Origin: an uncultured virus (IMG/VR IMGVR_UViG_3300042544_003738)
Lineage: Duplodnaviria > Heunggongvirae > Uroviricota > Caudoviricetes
Virus record (IMG/VR): IMGVR_UViG_3300042544_003738
Location: 1 to 64,000 of that record
Strand: one strand, 5' to 3'
Length of the DNA: 64,000 bases
Shown: in pieces, positions 1 to 9,291 of the stretch
How the letters are laid out: each line of letters begins with the position of its first letter
How positions within the stretch are numbered: position 1 is the first letter of the stretch
Notes under the pieces: model-generated
The model's database searches: none
What the model saw: only the letters and a program-made list of their open reading frames with translations
Told to the model about the DNA's origin: nothing
Position numbers and translations under genes: made by a program

Positions 1-127
1 CGTCATCACTACCTGCTTCCCCTGGGAAATAGGGTCCTCCTGCGCCTCTGGCGTCATCACTACCTGCTTCCCCTGGGAAATAGGGTCCTCCTGCGCCTCT
101 GGCGTCATCACTACCTGCTTCCCCTGG
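1..127. repeat. 51-bp tandem repeat (about 2.5 copies visible, in-frame 17-aa unit on minus strand)
   Basis: cgtcatcactacctgcttcccctgggaaatagggtcctcctgcgcctctgg at 1-51, 52-102 and partially 103-127. Confidence 0.95.
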
Positions 128-1039
128 CTCATCAGGTTCGTCCAGTTTGTTGTCGATTTGTTGTTTTGTTGTAGACGTTGCAGCCTGTTGCTGTCCTGTT
201 CTGTCCGGTTCATCATATCCTACTTCACCAGAGGGGATACCTGTACCAATTGGTTCACTTTGCCCGCTTAACCATGAATCTAATGTATTGGATATTGCGT
301 CTGAATAACGGATTGCGCCGCCTATTGCTGCCCCTATAGCAGTAAATGTAATGTTTTTTGCAACAGCTGATTTAAAGCTGGCGCCGTTCAGCATATCTGT
401 AACGGTCTTTGTTAAAATAAGAGCTGCTGGAGCCGCCCACCAATATCCTGATGCCAAAATAGGAATTGACACACCCATTAGCCCCACAACTGCATTAGCT
501 GTTTTTGGATGGTTTTTAACAACTTTGCTCAATTTTTGGAATATTGCACCCAGTTTTTTGTATTTGCCTTTGGGGTCAGCTTTGCTCAAGGATTGCTGAA
601 GTTTATCTTCCCGATTGTCTACCCACTCCACAGGCCGAGGCACTAAAGGATCACTGCTTTGAGTTTTTTTCAAGATGGTTGCAGCGGCACCTTTGAGTGT
701 CCGCAAGGCACTATCTTTGTCTAAGTCTTGTGTTGCTGGTTCATCGCGTAGGTTTGCGTGTGCAGCAATTAAGTCCTGTATGTTGGGATATTTCTTAGCC
801 AACGCCAAGAGTTCTTCGTCAGTGTAGCCTTGTGCGTCAGCTTCTTGCACCCGCCCTTTGTAGCTCTCAAATACTGCATGAAAAGCAGGAATCAATTTCT
901 CTTGAACCTGTCGCTCAGTTTCCAAGATCACTTGCTCTTCCTGCAATGCAACACTTTCATATAAGCGTGTTGCCTTGGGATTTGCGATGCTGTTTAAAAG
1001 TTGACGCATTAGCTCTGCATCAGAAACATGATTTTTCAT
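1..1039 (-). CDS. Hypothetical protein, 3'-truncated by window edge; contains 17-aa tandem repeat; possible virion/ejection protein
   Basis: Not in ORF track. ATG at 1039 overlaps stop of the upstream ORF (ATGA). Manual translation MKNHVSDAELMRQLLNSIANP... stays open to position 1, ending in PGEAGSDDARGAGGPYF repeats. Confidence 0.75.
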   Translation of the reverse strand, partial: MKNHVSDAELMRQLLNSIANPKATRLYESVALQEEQVILETERQVQEKLIPAFHAVFESYKGRVQEADAQGYTDEELLALAKKYPNIQDLIAAHANLRDEPATQDLDKDSALRTLKGAAATILKKTQSSDPLVPRPVEWVDNREDKLQQSLSKADPKGKYKKLGAIFQKLSKVVKNHPKTANAVVGLMGVSIPILASGYWWAAPAALILTKTVTDMLNGASFKSAVAKNITFTAIGAAIGGAIRYSDAISNTLDSWLSGQSEPIGTGIPSGEVGYDEPDRTGQQQAATSTTKQQIDNKLDEPDEPGEAGSDDARGAGGPYFPGEAGSDDARGAGGPYFPGEAGSDD

Positions 1040-1977
1040 GGTGTTGGCGCCCCTCCACGTAAGTTTGCTATAATAAATCGTATCATATCATCTGAAAATC
1101 CTTGCGTGCGCAAGTCTGTTATCAGGTCAGTAAGGTCTTTTACAGGATTAGCGGGCGGCGTTGGAGGCGGTGTGGGTGGCTGTGGGCCACCTCCTCTTGC
1201 TAGGTTTGTATCATTAGCAATCACTATTTCCAACACCAAATCAGCCAGTTTCCCTATAAGGGCTTGTTTTTCCAAAACCGTGAGATTCCGGGTATTAGTG
1301 ACTCGGAACGGTTGTGGTAGAGGCTGAACTGGTGCGGGTCGGATCCTAGCATAATCTCGAGCAAACGCAATCATACCCGCGTTGACAGTCTTGATAGGTA
1401 TTTGCTTTGCTGCGCTAGAGCCTCCAAGCGGCACAGCGGCAATTGTCTGGCCCAATTTTGCTAAGGAGAACTGACTTAGTCTAGGTAATGTAATTCTCAA
1501 GCTTTGCATTATTTGTAATGCCTCAGCTTCTTGTTGCTGTGTGCCTTTGGCCAACAAATTAGTGTGCAGCTTGTTTGCAGCTTTTTGCTGTATTTGTCCC
1601 AAACCCAAGAAGATCTTCTTGAGGTCATCATCATTCAAGATTTTGCTCAAATCGTTATTGGTTACTTGGGCAACAACTTGATTCACATACTGATCACCAA
1701 TTTTGGTAGTGCTTTCTTTCCCGCCAAAACGAACTTGTTGATACCATTTCATGAAATCTGCTGCTGAAACATTTTCCAACCCTGCTTGTCGCCATGCTAA
1801 ATTCAATTGGTTGGCGTAATTACCGGCTGTGAGTTGGGCTGCTGCGGCTGGGTTACTAAAACTCTTTGCCCATAATGCTATTTCACGCCCAAGTCCCATA
1901 GGGGCACCAAAAGCCTCATCAAGCTGTGGCTTTGCTACACTGTTTATGAGCTTTCTCATATCCTCGGCATTACTCAT
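1036..1977 (-). CDS. Hypothetical protein (possible head-internal protein), Pro-rich linker near C-terminus
   Basis: 313-aa ORF overlapping neighbours; N-terminus MRKLINSVAKPQLDEA resembles that of the downstream ORF. Confidence 0.7.
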   Translation of the reverse strand: MSNAEDMRKLINSVAKPQLDEAFGAPMGLGREIALWAKSFSNPAAAAQLTAGNYANQLNLAWRQAGLENVSAADFMKWYQQVRFGGKESTTKIGDQYVNQVVAQVTNNDLSKILNDDDLKKIFLGLGQIQQKAANKLHTNLLAKGTQQQEAEALQIMQSLRITLPRLSQFSLAKLGQTIAAVPLGGSSAAKQIPIKTVNAGMIAFARDYARIRPAPVQPLPQPFRVTNTRNLTVLEKQALIGKLADLVLEIVIANDTNLARGGGPQPPTPPPTPPANPVKDLTDLITDLRTQGFSDDMIRFIIANLRGGAPTP

Positions 1978-2224
1978 GACCTTTTCCTTTTTTAACAGTG
2001 TTAAGCTTACGCATAAATTTGGTTGATTCTTTACATAAGATGCTCTTTACTAACCGTTTGGTTAAATCTTCAGCTACTTCTGCGTCATAGCTGGCATGGA
2101 GTTGCTCAATAAGGTGAATAGCACTACTGATTACATGAGCAGCTCTACTTTCAATAACTGAGTGTTTGTTTTTAACTGGAACGAGCGAATCCAATTCCTC
2201 AATAATAGATTTCTGTTTGTTCAA
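1970..2224 (-). CDS. Small hypothetical phage protein
   Basis: 84-aa ORF with TTG start, downstream of late promoter at 2248-2255. Confidence 0.65.
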   Translation of the reverse strand: MNKQKSIIEELDSLVPVKNKHSVIESRAAHVISSAIHLIEQLHASYDAEVAEDLTKRLVKSILCKESTKFMRKLNTVKKGKGHE

Positions 2225-2247
2225 AGCCTGTCAACCCAATTTTTGAA

Positions 2248-2270
2248 TATTTATGCTCACTCCATAAATA
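2248..2270. promoter_or_regulatory. Back-to-back divergent T4-like late promoters (CATAAATA on both strands)
   Basis: tatttatg at 2248-2255 and cataaata at 2263-2270, each just upstream of an ORF. Confidence 0.7.
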
Positions 2271-2298
2271 TTTTTGACACTGTTTTTGGGCTCACATT

Positions 2299-2646
2299 AT
2301 GACACAAATTTTAACAGAACAAATGAGAAGCTTGGCTAAAAGATTACATGAACTGGATAGTTCACCGGGCGCTGCAATGGTTCCTGGTAGTAAGGAAACG
2401 GTGCCTATAGAGCCAACGCAAGGGAGTGTTATGCCCAAGCAATTGGCTGACATTCTTGGTATGCAGGACATAAACTTATTCACCCGTGCCTGGAATAAAT
2501 TACGTCAGGGCAGAGAACATCAGCTCACACGTCAAGAGATGGCAGAACTTAGCATTGCATTCATGAAATTGGTGCTGGCTGATCCCAATGATACAACCAA
2601 AGCCATGAGCTTGTTGCGCCGGATCAGCGCCAAAAATCCAGAGTAA
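2299..2646 (+). CDS. Hypothetical protein
   Basis: 115-aa ORF after late promoter, convergent with helicase. Confidence 0.65.
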   Translation: MTQILTEQMRSLAKRLHELDSSPGAAMVPGSKETVPIEPTQGSVMPKQLADILGMQDINLFTRAWNKLRQGREHQLTRQEMAELSIAFMKLVLADPNDTTKAMSLLRRISAKNPE

Positions 2647-4053
2647 CTATCGCCTGATCAAGGATGTAAGCTCTTTGAGCTTAGCAAGATTGTTTGCTGG
2701 AGCAGACATGGTATCAGTATTTGCAGGGGGAATAGGTGCAGCACCTGTTGCCCCAGTGTTTTTCCTACGCAAGTCTGCCATCATATCTGCTGCGGTTTTT
2801 ACTGGCACTTCGCTTTCATTCTCTTCCAAGTCATAGATGCGCAGTGTTTCAACATCATACCCCATAATAACCTTGCTGCCTACACCACTGCTGCTTCTTG
2901 TTTTCAAAAACTGGAATTGATACTGCCCGCGCTCTCTCATGGCTGGCGTTGATAAAATGCTGATCACATTATCTGCGGTTTGAATCTTCGAGATACCGCC
3001 TGCAATATGACTGTGATCATGCTCCATTTCATTAACCGCAGATCTCCCAAGTTGCGAAGCGGTCTGGAGCACCATATTACGCTCTACTGCCAACCCGCGT
3101 AGTTCCTCAGTTACAAACTTGTCCTTGATGAAAAGGTTACTAACGTCAATTCTCTTGTTGTTAGGAAACATGAGATCAAGATAATCCACCATAAGTGCGT
3201 CGCATTTTTGCCCTGTCTCAATCTCATAGTTTTTCAAAAACGCTCTCAGGTCGTTAGTAGTTGTGCCTTGAGGCATCTGTTTCACATACAATGTGCCTGC
3301 ACGTTTACCCGCTTGCACCACTTTGATCTCAACCTCATCCATTCTCTTGAAAATCTCTGTAGTAGGGATATGTGCCACCATTGAGTCCAACCTCATGGAG
3401 ATCATCTCTTCCGAAAGCTCAAGACTGATGTAGATGACATTCAATCCCATCTTCACTAAGTTGACTGCCATGTTTTGCAAAGTGACGGATTTGCCCCCTC
3501 CTGAACCAGCGGTCCAAATGGTGATTTCTTTTCTGTTCACACCGCCATACAGCTTTTGGTCCACAGTTTTCCAACCAGTGCTGACCTGACCATTTGAGTT
3601 TTTGATTCGCATCAACCGCTCTCGGGGATTGAGAAAGTAGTTGGTGCCAATGTCACTAGTAAGCCCAACTAAGATAGCTTCTTTGACTCGCTTTTCCACC
3701 TCAGCATAGTTGCCTTTTTGAATCAACTCTGGTGCACTCAGCACAGCATCTGCAATGGCTCGGTTTTTACAAAACTCTTCAATTTGATCCAGAAAAGCTT
3801 GTTGCAGTTGGGGATTGATGTTGTCAATTTTTTCAAAATCAATACCAAATTGCGCACTCAATTGTGCTGGCTTAGGCAATGCCCTGTATTGATTTGCGAA
3901 ATCAATAACAAAACGCATCACAGGTCTCAGCTTGTTCACAAAGTATTTGGGCTGCAATATGTTTTGGCAGCGTGCATAAATCTCTTCATCACTCAACAGA
4001 ACGCTTACCAGCATTTTTTGCACGTCTTCGTTGTAATCTTTTGCTTCAGCCAA
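2647..4053 (-). CDS. Replicative DnaB-like DNA helicase (T4 gp41-like)
   Basis: Walker A AGSGGGKS, YISLELSE, VDYLDLM, TASQLGR and KTRSS motifs of SF4 helicases. Confidence 0.93.
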   Translation of the reverse strand: MAEAKDYNEDVQKMLVSVLLSDEEIYARCQNILQPKYFVNKLRPVMRFVIDFANQYRALPKPAQLSAQFGIDFEKIDNINPQLQQAFLDQIEEFCKNRAIADAVLSAPELIQKGNYAEVEKRVKEAILVGLTSDIGTNYFLNPRERLMRIKNSNGQVSTGWKTVDQKLYGGVNRKEITIWTAGSGGGKSVTLQNMAVNLVKMGLNVIYISLELSEEMISMRLDSMVAHIPTTEIFKRMDEVEIKVVQAGKRAGTLYVKQMPQGTTTNDLRAFLKNYEIETGQKCDALMVDYLDLMFPNNKRIDVSNLFIKDKFVTEELRGLAVERNMVLQTASQLGRSAVNEMEHDHSHIAGGISKIQTADNVISILSTPAMRERGQYQFQFLKTRSSSGVGSKVIMGYDVETLRIYDLEENESEVPVKTAADMMADLRRKNTGATGAAPIPPANTDTMSAPANNLAKLKELTSLIRR

Positions 4054-4055
4054 GG

Positions 4056-5075
4056 TTATCCCCTAAACATTTGTCGTTTGATGCCGATCTCAACATCGTT
4101 TTTTGTGCGACTTTGAATCACACTTGTAATGGTATAGAGTTGACCATACCTCCTGCAAGCCTCAGCAGCATCTTTTACATCATCTTCCCACTCTGGGAAA
4201 CTCACACTCCAGCCAAACATCAATGCTGTGTCAATCAATTCTTGATTCTTACGCTGCCGGTCAGGCAACACTATGATCTCTTGATCCCTGGCTACCAATT
4301 GGTATATTTGCTGTTCACTAAGAGCGCTGCCCAATGCTGCAACGCCCTGTGTGGCAATAGCATCAAATCCACCCTCAACCAATATGGCAAACTTGCGTCC
4401 AGGAATATCCAGCACATCATTATTGAACAAATATCCATCTGGTATGCTGCTGTTGAAGTAGCGAGAAGTTCCAGGCGGTGGCGAGCCTGCATATCTTGCA
4501 GTCCACCCCACAATTTGGTTATGTGAGTAAAAGGGTATTAACACACGATTGTTCAATTGATGTTTTTTGTTGGGACTCCAATAATAATCGTAACCAGCTG
4601 CTATGTCTTCCCCACGACTTTCAATATACTCAACAACCTTCAAAAAATCAGGGTCAAACTCAGACTCGGAAAGAAGGCTCTCTATGGGCCTTGCGCCCTC
4701 AGGCATTTCAACAGTGGGGAATTTTTGGAAACTGATCTTAACAGATTCTGGTGACGAGATCCGTCCATCCAGTTCTTTTTGTAATATTTCCATCTTCAAA
4801 GATTGAATGCTGCTTCGCGGCACGCCCAACCAGTCAAGATACTGTTCAAAACTGCTGCTTAACCTAGTGCCATCAAATCTTGTTTTGAACCCACAATTGA
4901 AACAATGGATGCCCAGTTGACCATCTTCTGAAAGTCGAAGATTTCCGCGCATGCGAGTATCAGCTTTGTGGCCTCGATGGCTGCAACAGACTGCATTGTG
5001 TATTACCCATCCTTTGGGTGTAACTCTCCGCTGAACTGGAAGATGCTGCATAATTAGTTCGTGTATCAAACTCAT
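4056..5075 (-). CDS. DNA primase (T4 gp61-like)
   Basis: N-terminal Zn-binding CC..H / CFNC, TOPRIM motifs VEGGFDA, LPD, KDAAE; adjacent to helicase. Confidence 0.88.
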   Translation of the reverse strand: MSLIHELIMQHLPVQRRVTPKGWVIHNAVCCSHRGHKADTRMRGNLRLSEDGQLGIHCFNCGFKTRFDGTRLSSSFEQYLDWLGVPRSSIQSLKMEILQKELDGRISSPESVKISFQKFPTVEMPEGARPIESLLSESEFDPDFLKVVEYIESRGEDIAAGYDYYWSPNKKHQLNNRVLIPFYSHNQIVGWTARYAGSPPPGTSRYFNSSIPDGYLFNNDVLDIPGRKFAILVEGGFDAIATQGVAALGSALSEQQIYQLVARDQEIIVLPDRQRKNQELIDTALMFGWSVSFPEWEDDVKDAAEACRRYGQLYTITSVIQSRTKNDVEIGIKRQMFRG

Positions 5076-5094
5076 ACACTATTATAGTCAGCTT

Positions 5095-5916
5095 TCAGCT
5101 TATTTTGTAGAGTATTTTATCTATTGTTCCTCGATTGATTGGATCTGGAATACACACAAATCTGATCCAACGACAATTGATAGCAAAAGTATAACTCCGC
5201 AATGAGGTAGTTGTGCTGTCATAATAGTCTTCAGTTACTCCTGGACTGAGATCCACATAAAACCAACTCCGCTCAACTGGTGCTAGGTTTTCCAAACTGG
5301 CTTGTATTTTAAAGTACCCTTGCCAATTGGTTTGATAGAAGGCAACTGAAAATAGCCCAGTGTTGTTACCTACACTGTTTTCTGCCCTAATAGCCCCACT
5401 AACCAACCATTCTTTCATTTCATCCCAGTCTACTGTTATGGGCGTGAGTTCAGAACCCTTGAGTGTAACACTGGGAATAAATGTGCCGCCCACACTGTCA
5501 TACAAATCAAAATCACCAATTGTGGAATTGTTGATATCTGTGTAAAGCATCTCTTGATTTTGATAAGGGCGGGTGATTTTCACTTGGTAGCGATATCCGC
5601 CTAAACTCCAATTGGATGTATCGTTGCTGCTTAGCACAACTTGTGCTCTACCTTTGAGTTCATCTGTTACAGTACAAGATTTTTCCAGGACTATTGTCTG
5701 TGTAGCTGCATGCTCAATTACGATACTGAGTTGGCAATCCACTAATTTGACAGGCCTGCGGTCATTGTTACGTACAACAAAATCAATAATGTTGTAGTTG
5801 TTTTTGTATATTTTTGTGTTGTAATTTATCATGGGCCTATTGTAATTTGGGGCGCGATGATCAGTCATGCTCAATTGAACTGGCAGTCTGTAACTGTAGA
5901 GATATATCAAGCTCAT
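5095..5916 (-). CDS. Putative virion structural protein (BppU-like N-terminal Ig fold)
   Basis: Beta-rich ORF, pattern IDFVVRNNDRRPV..KGRAQVVLS..GGYRYQVKIT; start reassigned to MSLIY; late promoter near 5949. Confidence 0.5.
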   Translation of the reverse strand: MSLIYLYSYRLPVQLSMTDHRAPNYNRPMINYNTKIYKNNYNIIDFVVRNNDRRPVKLVDCQLSIVIEHAATQTIVLEKSCTVTDELKGRAQVVLSSNDTSNWSLGGYRYQVKITRPYQNQEMLYTDINNSTIGDFDLYDSVGGTFIPSVTLKGSELTPITVDWDEMKEWLVSGAIRAENSVGNNTGLFSVAFYQTNWQGYFKIQASLENLAPVERSWFYVDLSPGVTEDYYDSTTTSLRSYTFAINCRWIRFVCIPDPINRGTIDKILYKIS

Positions 5917-5973
5917 TGGGATAACATCATCAACAAAAGATTTACACCTATTTAAGAGTGTCTTAAATAGGGC

Positions 5974-6342
5974 TTGATGGAAAACACACCGCAACAGAGA
6001 TGGCCATTTTTAACAGAAATCCGCTATCTCAACAAAGATTACACTGGCATTGTTCAAAATGCTGACAACACAATGCTGCACATGTATGTGATTGACCAGA
6101 CCATGAGCATCCAACAGAAAAAAGAGATTATCCAATGTGGAGAGCTCTATTGGTGGGGTAGCAATCGCCAAATTCCCATCAATGTGTTCTTGCGGGAACG
6201 GTTCCGACCCTTCAAAGGGTGTTTGAAGACCTTTGTGAGAAAAGAAGTAACTGTGTTAAGCGGCCCTTTACCCAGCTTGGACACACTTATTAACAAGCGT
6301 GGCAAAAAGCGCACAGTTCAGCTTGTTAAGAGCACAAGCTAG
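5974..6342 (+). CDS. Hypothetical phage protein
   Basis: 122-aa ORF preceded by TAAATA near 5964. Confidence 0.65.
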   Translation: MMENTPQQRWPFLTEIRYLNKDYTGIVQNADNTMLHMYVIDQTMSIQQKKEIIQCGELYWWGSNRQIPINVFLRERFRPFKGCLKTFVRKEVTVLSGPLPSLDTLINKRGKKRTVQLVKSTS

Positions 6343-6554
6343 CCACCGATCATCAAAAAGTGCACACAGCCATCTAGTTTGATGGCTATTGTGACACTCT
6401 GATCAGGGGCAGTAAATTCAGGCAACAAGCAGTCTATGCCCTGGAGGTTGAGCCAGGTTTTCACAGTTTCCTGTGTTTGGCTGTCCCAAACCTCAAACAA
6501 GGTCATATAGGTCAATGCTCTTTCAATAGCATCTAGAGTGGACTTAGTCCCCAA
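6339..6554 (-). CDS. Hypothetical protein
   Basis: 71-aa ORF in minus-strand gene run; start uncertain. Confidence 0.45.
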   Translation of the reverse strand: MGTKSTLDAIERALTYMTLFEVWDSQTQETVKTWLNLQGIDCLLPEFTAPDQSVTIAIKLDGCVHFLMIGG

Positions 6555-6987
6555 GTGAGGTCACCTGCACCTTCACCTTCACACTGCCATCTTTGCCTAC
6601 CTTCACTTGTGCAGGACGACGAGACTTGAGATCCTTTTCGTCACCTTTGCTCCACTTCATCCAAGTGCCAGTGAGAGTCCAGGCCACTGTAGCAGCATCA
6701 GTTTCGTCACTGAGTTTTAGGCTGGCGCTGAGTTTGTCTTCACTTTCGCCAAAAACTTCCAGGAGGTAGTTGTTTTCCAGTTCACTGAGAAAGCTTAGTG
6801 TGGTTCCAAGATCAGCTAGGGAAATCTTGGGTGCCCGGAACCAAAAGTGTTTTTTGATGTTCTTTTGACGAGACAGCCAATCATTTTCCAGGTTTTCGCG
6901 CACCAATACCTTGGTCTCACCCACTGTAAGATGGTAAGTGTGTCCAAACATATTGGCAGAGTGTTGCCAGTCTAGTGATTTGCTCAT
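6544..6987 (-). CDS. Hypothetical protein
   Basis: 147-aa ORF with AGGAG RBS. Confidence 0.7.
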   Translation of the reverse strand: MSKSLDWQHSANMFGHTYHLTVGETKVLVRENLENDWLSRQKNIKKHFWFRAPKISLADLGTTLSFLSELENNYLLEVFGESEDKLSASLKLSDETDAATVAWTLTGTWMKWSKGDEKDLKSRRPAQVKVGKDGSVKVKVQVTSLGD

Positions 6988-6999
6988 ACATGTTGCTCC

Positions 7000-7626
7000 T
7001 TATACCTGTACACTATAACTGCCATTTGCAATTAATTCAACCAGAAGGTTGAGCTGCACTTGGATAGCCACAGCGAGACTGATTGCATGTGATTTTTTGA
7101 AGCTGTAGTTTTGGTTAGGGTCAGGAGTCCAAATTTCAGGATCAAGGCTGTGCCAACCTTGATTTTGACATTTCCCAACCAAATGCCTTTTGCCAGGCCG
7201 GATCAAAGCCAAAATCATAGCCAATTGCACAGTGCTCTTGGGCTTCAAGCGGCGTACTAAATCAAAATGGTTATTGATATGGGCAAGCTGCTTAACAACT
7301 TCTTCATGTTCTAGAAGTTCCCACATTGGAGCAGTGCTCATCAACTGTGATAGATGTGCCTCACTTTGTACCCCAGCATAGATGCTGTTGTTAAGTATAT
7401 CAATTTTGTAACAGTTTTTTTCTTCAGCAACATCATAAGATATGCTGCAACATTCCAAAAATGGATGTTGGGGGACGTTGTGGAAATATACACCGCTGTT
7501 GTGCAAGGAATACTTGTTGTTCTTGACAATACTGGCGGGAATATGTGGAACTACATTGAGCAGTTTTTTCCTATCTCCAGTGTCAATGTCAATATCGCCA
7601 AGGAATGCCAATACTTTAGGTTCCAC
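7000..7626 (-). CDS. Miniature DNA polymerase III alpha (DnaE)-like protein
   Basis: DnaE motifs in order: DIDID, HNSGVY, KIDIL, ALIRPG, YSFKKSHA, in only 208 aa. Confidence 0.8.
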   Translation of the reverse strand: MEPKVLAFLGDIDIDTGDRKKLLNVVPHIPASIVKNNKYSLHNSGVYFHNVPQHPFLECCSISYDVAEEKNCYKIDILNNSIYAGVQSEAHLSQLMSTAPMWELLEHEEVVKQLAHINNHFDLVRRLKPKSTVQLAMILALIRPGKRHLVGKCQNQGWHSLDPEIWTPDPNQNYSFKKSHAISLAVAIQVQLNLLVELIANGSYSVQV

Positions 7627-7930
7627 CTGTTATCCTATCCATTTGTTTTGACAACGTGTCTACTTTTTGTGTCAGCTTTGTTAGACTATTGTTAGCTCTG
7701 ATAAGACGATTATGTAAATCAATACAGGTTTGTGATGTTTGAATAATTTTTCGTTCAAGATCTTCAATCCATTGAGGATCAACCATCACAACCTTTTTGC
7801 CATCAACTTCCAAACTTTGTAATTTGCCAAGGCTTGTTAAGCTTACCTTGCTCTTGCTGATCAAGGTGGGCTGCGCAGCAGGTTCCATTTCCTCGTTTCC
7901 ATACATATCTAGATTCAAACGATCACTCAT
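7616..7930 (-). CDS. Hypothetical coiled-coil protein
   Basis: 104-aa ORF, heptad-like C-terminus. Confidence 0.65.
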   Translation of the reverse strand: MSDRLNLDMYGNEEMEPAAQPTLISKSKVSLTSLGKLQSLEVDGKKVVMVDPQWIEDLERKIIQTSQTCIDLHNRLIRANNSLTKLTQKVDTLSKQMDRITGGT

Positions 7931-7939
7931 GCATTTTTC

Positions 7940-8710
7940 CTACATTCCAGCTTCTGTCAACACACTTTTGATTAAATCAGCCTGTTGTTTATAACGGAGC
8001 AGTCTTACCTTCCATTTTTTCACTGGCGCAACCGTTTGTATCAAATACAGTTGCTCAGGATTACATCTTTCAAAAAATTCCACTGCGCTGTTACAATTAT
8101 ATAGCATCCAAGGGCTGATTTTGCCTTGTGATATCCATCGAGTAGCTAAGTTTGGATTTACCTTTATCCAAAAGTCTTGCATGGGCAAGTCTTGCTCTTC
8201 AGTCCATTTTTGAACTGTGCGCAAGCTTCTCTGCAATCCCATTTCAGGGGTTTCATCATGCAACAGCTCACTCAAAAAGCTGTTGTATAACAGCACATCA
8301 CTCCATTTTTTGAAATCAGCTTTTTGTTTCAATAACCACCGCACATATGTTTCAATCTCCTGAACTTGCTGCTCAATCAACCAATTGCCAAAGCGCACAA
8401 ACTCAGTGTAATGCCTACTAACACAAAACTCTTGATAACTTTTGCTCTTGAGTGTTGTATTTTTCGGTGCTGTGCCTTCATTAAACAATAGATATGATGC
8501 ATACCCCAGCTTGACATCTGGATTGTATTGGGCTTCACTCCTGCGCCTTGGTTCGCAACTGTGGGAAACCAAGGTTGCTTCTTTGGCAAATGCTTGTTGA
8601 CACCAAGTGCAGAAGTGGGGCCGATTTAAATCAATCGCCTTTGGCAGCTTTTTTGAGTTCGTCTTTGAGCTCTTTGATACCACGGTCATCCATTCCACTG
8701 TATTTGGCAA
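7940..8710 (-). CDS. Hypothetical protein with N-terminal C2H2-like zinc finger
   Basis: FCTWCQQAF..LVSHSC motif; true start probably near 8635 because of the overlap with the upstream ORF. Confidence 0.7.
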   Translation of the reverse strand: MPNTVEWMTVVSKSSKTNSKKLPKAIDLNRPHFCTWCQQAFAKEATLVSHSCEPRRRSEAQYNPDVKLGYASYLLFNEGTAPKNTTLKSKSYQEFCVSRHYTEFVRFGNWLIEQQVQEIETYVRWLLKQKADFKKWSDVLLYNSFLSELLHDETPEMGLQRSLRTVQKWTEEQDLPMQDFWIKVNPNLATRWISQGKISPWMLYNCNSAVEFFERCNPEQLYLIQTVAPVKKWKVRLLRYKQQADLIKSVLTEAGM

Positions 8711-9146
8711 TTTCCATCAACTCTTCATCACTGTGATTGGTTTTCAAAATCATCATCTCTGCTTCATTTACATCACCATACAATTGAGTCAGCAAAGCCT
8801 CTGTCTTGGGTGTCTTGGAAGCTGTAGACTTGGTGCTGATCCACTGATGGTACTGTTTTTTCCCCACACCAGCAACACACATCAGCAAGTATTGCAGTTC
8901 TGGATGTTTGCCTAAATTCCATAAGCCATTGTTCACAAGATCATTAGCTGCCAGTACAAAATATTCTTTGTAGGGATTTGAGTCTGGGACGGCAGAAAGC
9001 CAGCGAACTACCACTTTCGGTACAAAGCCCTTGCGCTCTTCTTCAGTTAAATTTGCATAAAATCCGCGATCCTTTTTGTCAATAGCCTCCAGCAGTACCA
9101 TAAGGTCCAGTTTGAAGCTTCTTTTTGCTGTTGCTGCTTTTGCCAT
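8631..9146 (-). CDS. Putative clamp-loader small subunit (T4 gp62-like)
   Basis: FVPKVVVRWLS ... N ... LQYLL..V...KQYHQWI pattern resembles gp62; replication context. Confidence 0.5.
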   Translation of the reverse strand: MAKAATAKRSFKLDLMVLLEAIDKKDRGFYANLTEEERKGFVPKVVVRWLSAVPDSNPYKEYFVLAANDLVNNGLWNLGKHPELQYLLMCVAGVGKKQYHQWISTKSTASKTPKTEALLTQLYGDVNEAEMMILKTNHSDEELMEIAKYSGMDDRGIKELKDELKKAAKGD

Positions 9147-9204
9147 AATATTTCCTTATCTAGTGTAATTGTAGGCTGTAATCTTGGTTCATTCAAGGCA
9201 TCCA

Positions 9205-9212
9205 TATAAATA
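9205..9212 (+). promoter_or_regulatory. T4-like late promoter TATAAATA
   Basis: Exact T4 late consensus about 80 nt upstream of the structural gene at 9292. Confidence 0.75.
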
Positions 9213-9291
9213 TCAGTAACTGCAATTGGTGCAGTTTTATGGGGTTACCCGCCCCGTATGGCCTAGAACGCCACGTAGGAGACCAAAAGCA

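Noticed and set aside
1..127. Possible CRISPR array
   Set aside because: Units are contiguous 51-bp repeats without unique spacers and are in frame within an ORF
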